Shown: piece by piece, positions 8,436 to 14,438 of the stretch
Position numbering within the stretch: the stretch's first letter is position 1
Layout of the letters: each line of letters starts with the position of its first letter
Assembly: GCA_002780175.1 (NCBI GenBank)
Contig: PEVT01000018.1
Location: 1 to 38,370, forward strand
Direction of reading: 5' to 3'
DNA from: Candidatus Moranbacteria bacterium CG06_land_8_20_14_3_00_40_12
GTDB taxonomy: Bacteria > Patescibacteriota > Minisyncoccia > Moranbacterales > UBA2206
DNA length: 38,370 nucleotides
Program-made: the position numbers and the translations under genes
The notes under the pieces: generated by a model
Told to the model about the DNA's origin: nothing
Seen by the model: the letters and a program-made list of their open reading frames with translations, nothing else
Database searches by the model: none

Positions 8436-8512
8436 GTCATTCCTGGTTTGACCAGAAATCCAGTAAATAAATTAATCTAGTTTGCTGGATCCCGCATCAA
8501 ATACGGGATGAC
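8436..8512. repeat. Composite palindromic element (GTCATTCC ... GGGATGAC) in the hrcA 5' leader
   Basis: Outer arms are GTCATTCC/GGGATGAC. Inner hairpins are CTGGTttgACCAG, ATCCAG...CTGGAT and CCCGcatcaaataCGGG. It shares the ATCCAGTAAATAA core with 6459-6488 and 9937-9960. Confidence 0.6.
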
Positions 8513-8528
8513 ACTTTATATAATCTTC

Positions 8529-8557
8529 ATTATATACACTCCTTTAGCAGTCGTCAA
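8529..8557 (-). promoter_or_regulatory. Putative sigma-70-type promoter of hrcA (-35 TTGACG, 17-nt spacer, -10 TATAAT)
   Basis: The minus strand reads CTTGACGACTGCTAAAGGAGTGTATATAATG. The -35 hexamer and the spacer overlap the CIRCE element. Confidence 0.55.
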
Positions 8558-8570
8558 GTCCGAGTGCTAA
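8544..8570 (-). promoter_or_regulatory. CIRCE operator upstream of hrcA-grpE-dnaK
   Basis: TTAGCAGTC-N9-GAGTGCTAA, one mismatch from the consensus and with perfect 9-nt spacing. Confidence 0.9.
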
Positions 8571-8668
8571 TCCTAGTTTAAGCAATTTCTATAAGCCTGT
8601 CAAGGGCCACCGCTTTAGCTTTTCTTCGCCGAAAAACAGAAGTTGCGCTTCTGCAAAATATACTCCTT

Positions 8669-8764
8669 GTCATTGCGAGAGAGCGTAGCGACCGTGGCAA
8701 TCTAAATAATAATTAATTAGATTGCTTCGCGGAGTTTATCCGCCTTCGGCGGGCTCGCAATGAC
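8669..8764. repeat. 96-nt palindromic element, family GTCATTGCGAG ... CTCGCAATGAC (copy 1)
   Basis: Terminal inverted arms are GTCATTGCGAG/CTCGCAATGAC, with inner arms GGCAATCTAA/TTAGATTGC. The 40-nt run TTAGATTGCTTCGCGGAGTTTATCCGCCTTCGGCGGGCTC plus the following GCAA is identical to copy 2 at 17613-17711. Confidence 0.8.
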
Positions 8765-8770
8765 ATATTT

Positions 8771-8801
8771 TAAAAAAATCCGCCTTTTGGGCGGATTTTT
8801 A
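8771..8801 (-). terminator. Rho-independent terminator of the lipoprotein gene
   Basis: AAAAAAATCCGCC-ttttg-GGCGGATTTTTATTTT. On the minus strand a T-run follows the stem. Confidence 0.7.
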
Positions 8802-8810
8802 TTTTCTGGC

Positions 8811-9464
8811 TTATAAACCGACGCCTTCCGGAATTTCCGGCATTTCCCCGCCGCCCGGAATTTTTATATCCTTAAAGTTATCCTGCATCTTTTTTATATT
8901 TTCCATTTGAACTTTCATCTGCTCGCACTGATCGGCAAACACGACTCCGGAAGGCAACGAGAAATCTATCGAAGCCACCGGCTGGCAATTAGCTTCGGGT
9001 GCGTCATCAAAAGCGTCCTCCCCCAAATCTTCCACTGACGGCAAATCTCTTTCTTCTCTCTTGGCCTCTTTTTCAGGAAAAATATCTTTGAGTCCTTCCA
9101 TGCATTTTATCGATATTTTTGTTCCAGTCTGGTTTTCTTCCGACCAGTTATACATCAGATCTTCGCCGTCAAAAAGGGAATAGCTTTTCTTGCCATCAAC
9201 GATTGTTTCTCCGCGGTATTTTTTGCCTTCCGTCCAAACTTTGGAAATGAATTTCTCTTTTCCGATTTCCATCTCGTAAGTGCATTCCATTTTTTGGCTC
9301 AAACCCATAGCGTCTTTAATGGAATTGACCACTTTGGATCCGGCGGACTCTTCCTTGTTTAGCCGGTTTGCGCCTCCATCTTGGCCGGTTTCCGATTTTT
9401 TTCCGCAACCGGAAAAAACCAGGACCACGGCAGTTAAAATTAACAGATAACTAATTTTTTTCAT
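8811..9464 (-). CDS. Putative lipoprotein (217 aa)
   Basis: Signal peptide with a lipobox, MKKISYLLILTAVVLVFSGC. The mature part is acidic and has no recognisable family. Confidence 0.7.
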   Translation of the reverse strand: MKKISYLLILTAVVLVFSGCGKKSETGQDGGANRLNKEESAGSKVVNSIKDAMGLSQKMECTYEMEIGKEKFISKVWTEGKKYRGETIVDGKKSYSLFDGEDLMYNWSEENQTGTKISIKCMEGLKDIFPEKEAKREERDLPSVEDLGEDAFDDAPEANCQPVASIDFSLPSGVVFADQCEQMKVQMENIKKMQDNFKDIKIPGGGEMPEIPEGVGL

Positions 9465-9560
9465 TTGTTTATAATTATTACTTATATCTAGAATAAATTA
9501 TATCAAAAAGAAGAAAAAATAAAAAGAGCCGGATATTCTAAAACTTTATAACTTTATAAA

Positions 9561-9794
9561 CTATTCTACCGGGTCATATCCCCCGTCATTCCAGGGATGG
9601 CAGCGGCTGATTCTTTTCAGCCCCAGCCAGCTTCCTTTTAAAACTCCGTATCTGTCGATGGCTTCATAAGTATACTGGCTGCAAGTCGGATGAAATCGGC
9701 AAAGCCTTTCCCCATAAAAAAACGATAACATTCCATGATCGAGGGAAAAAGTCTTTTGGTAGAATTTAATCAGAAACAAAGCCGCTTTTTTCAT
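9561..9794 (-). CDS. yidD: Membrane protein insertion efficiency factor YidD
   Basis: [10 protein letters not shown]...[34 protein letters not shown] is the YidD signature. The ATG at 9794 gives 77 aa. The longer track ORF (to 10133) runs through a repeat and overlaps corA. Confidence 0.85.
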   Translation of the reverse strand: MKKAALFLIKFYQKTFSLDHGMLSFFYGERLCRFHPTCSQYTYEAIDRYGVLKGSWLGLKRISRCHPWNDGGYDPVE

Positions 9795-9896
9795 AACTTT
9801 GATTAATTTTAACGCGAAGCAGATCTTTTTGTCAAAAAATCCTTTTACTGATAGAATAAAAGGCATGACCATATAAAATATTTGAGCATCTTCATT

Positions 9897-9960
9897 GTCA
9901 TTCCCGCGAAAGCCTTGCTTGCCGACAGGCAGGCGGGAATCCAGTAAATTAATTAATTTC
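9897..9960. repeat. Half-element of the GTCATTCCCG / GGGAATCCAGTAAAT family with an embedded GCAGGCAGG-type palindrome
   Basis: GTCATTCCCGCgaaagCCTTGCTTGCCGACAGGCAGGCGGGAATCCAGTAAATTAATTAATTTC, with hairpin ATTCCCGC...GCGGGAAT. Confidence 0.55.
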
Positions 9961-9993
9961 TGACAGATTATTTTAAAATATAAACATAAATAT

Positions 9994-10902
9994 ATGCAAG
10001 AAGTCCAATCGGAAAAAATAACCTGGATTAATTTTGAATCTCCCGGCGCGGATGATGTCCTATATCTGAAGAAAAATTTCGACCTGCACCCCCTGGTTCT
10101 GGAAGAATTTTCCACCCCCACTATCCGGCCCAAAGCCGCCGAATACGAAACCTGCCTTTATCTCACCATTCATATTCCGCTTTTTGATTTGGAATCGCGA
10201 ACCACTTATCCGGGAGAAATAGACATTGTAATGAATAAAAATACTCTGATTACCTCTCACACCAAGAAAATTCCCCAACTGGCTGATTTTTTTAATGAAC
10301 TAAAAACCGACCCCGCCAAAAGAGAACTCTACATGAATGAATCCCCGGGCGCCCTGCTGCGCTTCGTCATTGAAATGCTTTTTGAATCCTGCTTTCCCAA
10401 ACTGGATCATATTTCGGAAAAACTGGATTATATCGAAAAAGAAATTTTTGCCGGCCACGAAAAAGAAATGGTTTTTGAATTGTCTTTGGTTAAAAGAGAC
10501 ATTCTCAATTTCCGCCGCACCATGAAACCGCAGCGATCGGTTTTGGAGTCTTTGATAAAAACCGACTACCGTTTTATCGAGCCGGAACTTAAGCCTTATT
10601 TTCAAGATTTAATCGGCACCAATATCCGCATCTGGAATAACCTGGAAAGCACCAAGGAAACCATCGAATCATTGGAAGCCACCAATAATTCCCTGCTTTC
10701 CAACAAGCTGGATATGACGATGAAAGTTTTAACCCTCTTTTCGGCTATTATGCTTCCGCTCACGGTTTATTCCAATATTTTGGCTATGAGCGCGGAAATT
10801 CCTTTTGGCCGGAACCCTCACGGCTTCTGGATTCATTTAAGCATTATGCTTTTTATTTCACTTTTCACGATGACTATTTTTAAAATTAAAAAATGGCTCT
10901 AG
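9994..10902 (+). CDS. CorA-like divalent-metal transporter with a non-canonical AMS in place of GMN
   Basis: CorA architecture: a soluble N-domain, a long helical stalk and two C-terminal TM helices ([26 protein letters not shown] ... [16 protein letters not shown]). The signature position reads A-M-S. Confidence 0.75.
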   Translation: MQEVQSEKITWINFESPGADDVLYLKKNFDLHPLVLEEFSTPTIRPKAAEYETCLYLTIHIPLFDLESRTTYPGEIDIVMNKNTLITSHTKKIPQLADFFNELKTDPAKRELYMNESPGALLRFVIEMLFESCFPKLDHISEKLDYIEKEIFAGHEKEMVFELSLVKRDILNFRRTMKPQRSVLESLIKTDYRFIEPELKPYFQDLIGTNIRIWNNLESTKETIESLEATNNSLLSNKLDMTMKVLTLFSAIMLPLTVYSNILAMSAEIPFGRNPHGFWIHLSIMLFISLFTMTIFKIKKWL

Positions 10903-10967
10903 GATAGCTTATAGCTTTTAGGTTATAGCTTATAGAATTTATTTTAGTTTTTAGTTTATGAAAGTTT

Positions 10968-12392
10968 ATGCTGAAAATATATAATACGCTGACAAAAAAG
11001 AAGGAGCAATTCAAACCGATCAATGAGGGTAAGGTTAGTTTATATACCTGCGGACCGACGGTTTATGATTTTGTCCATTTGGGCAATTTTAAATCATATC
11101 TTACCGCTGATATTTTACGCCGCTATTTGGAATATTCGGGCTATGAAGTGCGCCATATCAAAAATATCACCGATGTCGGCCATTTGACGGAAGACGATAT
11201 CGCTCAAGGCGATTCCGGCGAAGATAAGATTGCCCAGAAAGCCTTGAGTGAAAAAAAGACGCCCAAAGAAGTGGCTGATTTTTATGAGGAATATTTTAAA
11301 GCGGCGGAAAAAAAATTAAATATTTTGCCGGCGCATTATTTTCCCCGCGCCACCGCCCATATTCCGCAGATGATCAAAATCATCGAAAAGCTTCTGGAAA
11401 AAGGCCTGGCTTATGAAAAAAACGGCAATGTTTTTTTCGATGTCACCAAATTTCCGGAATATGGAAAACTTTCCGGCAATACTCTGAAAAATCTGAAAGT
11501 GGGCGCCCGCCTGGAGGAACACCCAGACAAAAAAAATCCCTGGGATTTCGCGCTGTGGCTCAAAGCCCCAAAAGTTCACCTGATGAAATTTTCTTCGCCC
11601 TGGTCGCTAGGTTATCCCGGCTGGCATATCGAATGCACCGCCATGAGCCTGGAATATCTGGGAGAAACCATTGACATCCATACCGGAGGCGAAGATAATA
11701 TTTTCCCCCACCACGAAGCCGAAATCGCCCAATCCGAAAGCTATACTGGCCAAAAATTCGTCAATTTCTGGGTACATACCCGTTTTCTTCTGGTCGACGG
11801 AGAAAAAATGTCCAAATCCAAGCATAATTTTTATAAACTGGAAGATGTTTTGGGGAAAGGCTTTTCACCGATGGAATTGCGACTGGCGCTGCTTTCTTCC
11901 CAGCATTGCAATCAACTCAATTTTAGCTGGAATCTTTTAAGCCAATCCCGGGCTAACCTGGAAAGTATTAATGATTTTTATACGCAATTATTTGCTTATG
12001 AGCCAAAAATCGAAGAAGCGAAATTGGCCAATTTTACGCTGGATGCTTACAAGCAGGAATTTACGGCGGCCATGGATGACGATTTGAATACGCCTAAAGC
12101 GCTGGCGGTAATCCTAAAATTAGTCAGCGACGGCAACAAGATGATGGCTGAAAAACTGCTGGGCAATCCGGCCGAAGTCAAATTACTGCTGGAAGATTTT
12201 GCCCAAGTTCTGGGCTTGATTTTGGAAAAAAGGGAAATTCCGGAGGAGATAAAACAGCTGGCCGAAGAAAGAAAAAAAGTGCGGGAAAACAAAGACTTTG
12301 CGTCTTCCGATGATTTGCGCCAAAAAATCGAAAAACTGGGATACTTGGTGGAAGATTCCAAGGATGGAGAGTATATTATAAAAAAGAAATAA
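10968..12392 (+). CDS. cysS: Cysteine--tRNA ligase
   Basis: Class I motifs HLGN (HIGH) and KMSKS, plus GWHIEC, with a typical length of 474 aa. Confidence 0.96.
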   Translation: MLKIYNTLTKKKEQFKPINEGKVSLYTCGPTVYDFVHLGNFKSYLTADILRRYLEYSGYEVRHIKNITDVGHLTEDDIAQGDSGEDKIAQKALSEKKTPKEVADFYEEYFKAAEKKLNILPAHYFPRATAHIPQMIKIIEKLLEKGLAYEKNGNVFFDVTKFPEYGKLSGNTLKNLKVGARLEEHPDKKNPWDFALWLKAPKVHLMKFSSPWSLGYPGWHIECTAMSLEYLGETIDIHTGGEDNIFPHHEAEIAQSESYTGQKFVNFWVHTRFLLVDGEKMSKSKHNFYKLEDVLGKGFSPMELRLALLSSQHCNQLNFSWNLLSQSRANLESINDFYTQLFAYEPKIEEAKLANFTLDAYKQEFTAAMDDDLNTPKALAVILKLVSDGNKMMAEKLLGNPAEVKLLLEDFAQVLGLILEKREIPEEIKQLAEERKKVRENKDFASSDDLRQKIEKLGYLVEDSKDGEYIIKKK

Positions 12393-12397
12393 AACTT

Positions 12398-12868
12398 TCT
12401 CCCTTTTATAAAGGGAGATGTCCCGGAGGGACAGAAGGATTTTTATAATGTAATGCGATTATATTACAAACCGCATCTAAAAGATAACTCTCAAAAATTA
12501 AGAAAGACGATGACAGAATCAGAGGTTATCTTATGGAATAAGATTAGAAGAAAACAACTAAAAAATTTGCAATTCAATAGGCAAAAACCACTAGGAAAAT
12601 ATGTCGTTGATTTTTATTGCCCATTAAAAAAATTAGTTATTGAAATAGACGGCGGGCAACATTATGATAACGGGAAAATTACAAAAAAAGACCTAGAAAG
12701 AGAAAAATTTATTAAAGAAATACTTGGCTTAAAAATTGTCAGATTTACCAATATAGAAATAAAACAAAATCTAGCAAGCGTGATAGATAAAATATTGGAA
12801 ACATTAAAATAAAAATCCCCGTGAATACTGCGCCCGCTCGCATCCACTCCCCCTTTTTCAAAGGGGGA
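12398..12868 (+). mobile_element. Hairpin-bounded cassette carrying a DUF559 nuclease gene (candidate autonomous member of the KGG-hairpin element family)
   Basis: Left hairpin TCTCCCTTttataAAGGGAGA (12398-12418), GTCCCggaGGGAC (12420-12432), GGATTTTT (12437-12444), the ORF, AAAAATCCCC (12811-12820) and right hairpin TCCCCCTTTttcAAAGGGGGA (12848-12868). The short copies at 6575-6695 and 13147-13236 have the same end modules. Mobility is inferred, not shown. Confidence 0.45.
12453..12812 (+). CDS. DUF559 endonuclease-domain protein (Vsr-like PD-(D/E)XK fold)
   Basis: MTESEVILWNKIRRKQL...FNRQKPLGKYVVDFYCPLKKLVIEIDGGQHY...REKFIKEILGLKIVRFTNIEI is the classic DUF559 pattern. Confidence 0.85.
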   Translation: MRLYYKPHLKDNSQKLRKTMTESEVILWNKIRRKQLKNLQFNRQKPLGKYVVDFYCPLKKLVIEIDGGQHYDNGKITKKDLEREKFIKEILGLKIVRFTNIEIKQNLASVIDKILETLK

Positions 12869-12881
12869 AATTTATTATCTT

Positions 12882-14009
12882 ATGAAAAATTTTTGGCAAA
12901 AATTAAAAAAGCCAATTTTAGCTCTGGCTCCGATGGCCGGCATTACCGACAGCGCTTTTCGCTTGATTTGTCGGCGTTATGGCACGGATGTCGTTTATAG
13001 CGAAATGGCTTCGGCAAGCGCGCTTTACTACAAGCCGAAAAAAACTTTGGAATTATTAAAATTTAATCGGAAAGAACGGCCGTATGTCGTCCAACTTTTC
13101 GGAAAAAATCCCGAACATTTCGCCAAAGCAGCGAGAATTCTAGATTCTCTCCCTTTAGAAAAGGGAGAGTTGGAGAGGGATTTTCATCCAAAATTAAAAC
13201 AAAAATCCCCCTTAATCCCCCTTTTCCAAAGGGGGAAAATTTATAGGCCCGACGGCCTTGATATCAATTTCGGCTGCCCGGCCAAAAAAGTTTTTAATCA
13301 CGGTTCCGGCTGCGCTTTGATGTTGGATATCAAATTGACCCGGGAAATTATTGAAGCGGTTTTAAGGAACACTTCCCTGCCTGTTTCCATTAAAATCCGC
13401 GCCGGCGTCAAAAAACAAACTGCCTTGAATTTTATCAAGAAACTTAAAGATCTTCCCTTTCAAGCCATTATGCTCCATGGCCGGACTTATGAAGGCGGTT
13501 TTGGCGGTCCGGTAGATTTTGCTTTGGCGCAAAAAATCAAACAAAGCGTTCCGGAAAAAATCGTTCTCTTAAACGGCGGCATTACCGATCCCAAGCAAGC
13601 TCGAGAAATTTTAGACCAATACCCGCTAATTGACGGTTTAGGTATCGGCCGCGGAGTTTTGGGCCGGCCGTGGTTGTTTGAGGAAATCAAAAATCTCTTA
13701 CAAAATCCATCTCTCCTTATCAAGGAGAGATGTCGCGAAGCGACAGAGAGGTATAATTTCGAAAAAAATCACCCTGTTAAATCCCCACGAAGCGAGGTCG
13801 TCCGCCCACTGGCGGACGAATTTAACAGGGTAAAGAAAGTCATTATGGAACACGCTAAATTAATTTATAAAAACAAGCCGCGAACCGGGGCTTTGGAAAT
13901 CAGAAAACACTTGGCCTGGTATGTCCGCGGATTTCCCGGCGCTTCCGAAATGAGAAAGAAACTCGTGCGAACCGAAAGCTTGGAAGAAATAAAGCGAATT
14001 TTGAAATAA
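12882..14009 (+). CDS. dus: tRNA-dihydrouridine synthase (Dus) with two in-frame repeat-derived insertions
   Basis: LAPMAGITDSAFR, VQLFG, DINFGCPAKKV, IKIR, HGRT and GIGRG..GRPWLF are Dus TIM-barrel motifs. Two extra segments (about aa 90-122 and about aa 277-318) are encoded by palindromic repeat DNA. Confidence 0.9.
   Translation: MKNFWQKLKKPILALAPMAGITDSAFRLICRRYGTDVVYSEMASASALYYKPKKTLELLKFNRKERPYVVQLFGKNPEHFAKAARILDSLPLEKGELERDFHPKLKQKSPLIPLFQRGKIYRPDGLDINFGCPAKKVFNHGSGCALMLDIKLTREIIEAVLRNTSLPVSIKIRAGVKKQTALNFIKKLKDLPFQAIMLHGRTYEGGFGGPVDFALAQKIKQSVPEKIVLLNGGITDPKQAREILDQYPLIDGLGIGRGVLGRPWLFEEIKNLLQNPSLLIKERCREATERYNFEKNHPVKSPRSEVVRPLADEFNRVKKVIMEHAKLIYKNKPRTGALEIRKHLAWYVRGFPGASEMRKKLVRTESLEEIKRILK
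13147..13236. repeat. KGG-hairpin element copy inside dus (insert 1, in frame)
   Basis: CTCTCCCTTtagaaAAGGGAGAG (13147-13169), GGAGAGGGATTTT, an AT filler, AAAAATCCCCC and TCCCCCTTTTccaAAAGGGGGA (13216-13236). It is translated as LPLEKGELERDFHPKLKQKSPLIPLFQRGKIY. Confidence 0.7.
13710..13830. repeat. Second palindromic element inside dus (insert 2, in frame)
   Basis: TCTCTCCTTatcAAGGAGAGA (13710-13730) and TGTCGCgaaGCGACA (13731-13745) parallel the left end of the DUF559 cassette. A long hairpin ACCCTGTTAAAT...ATTTAACAGGGT (13771-13830) follows, with inner CGTCCGCCcactGGCGGACG. Confidence 0.6.
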
Positions 14010-14086
14010 AAAAAGAGGTGACTGGTTTTATTGACTGTATTTTTGCTACCCTTTAGAAAAACTTTTGGATTATTTCGAATATGAAA

Positions 14087-14127
14087 AGGAGCAATAATTG
14101 ACTAGGCAATCATTGCTCCTGTTTTTT
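14087..14127. terminator. Bidirectional terminator between dus and the convergent 62-aa gene
   Basis: AGGAGCAAT-N16-ATTGCTCCT followed by GTTTTTT on the plus strand and TTTTCAT on the minus strand. Confidence 0.65.
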
Positions 14128-14142
14128 ATAGCGCTTGTTCTT

Positions 14143-14331
14143 TTATGATAAGAGCAAAATGAGAGCAAAGCGCTTTTTTCTTTCCTCCGACGCCTTGGTA
14201 CGCGTATCGGGGCTTTTCAACAGCAAATCCATCAATTCCTTGCTTTTCCCCTCTTTCACGTGCTTTTTTATTTCATCGGCGCTTTCCGGAAACGCCGATG
14301 TCAATCTTTGCGCCAGCTCCCGTGAAATCAT
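14143..14331 (-). CDS. Hypothetical small charged protein (62 aa)
   Basis: ATG preceded by AAAAAGGAGGCATT (strong Shine-Dalgarno site), with a terminator downstream. I recognise no family. Confidence 0.5.
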   Translation of the reverse strand: MISRELAQRLTSAFPESADEIKKHVKEGKSKELMDLLLKSPDTRTKASEERKKRFALILLLS

Positions 14332-14406
14332 AATGCCTCCTTTTTCGTTTTATTGGCGTTATTTTCAATTGTGCATAATCATCGCATAAGCTGGGTAAAA
14401 GTCAAG

Positions 14407-14435
14407 TTGATTTAATGCTTGAGATTTAATATACT
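14407..14435 (+). promoter_or_regulatory. Putative dnaB promoter (-35 TTGATT, 17-nt spacer, -10 TATACT) ending 3 nt before the ATG
   Basis: TTGATTtaatgcttgagatttaaTATACTagtATG, found by reading only. It implies a leaderless or near-leaderless transcript. Confidence 0.3.
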
Positions 14436-14438
14436 AGT

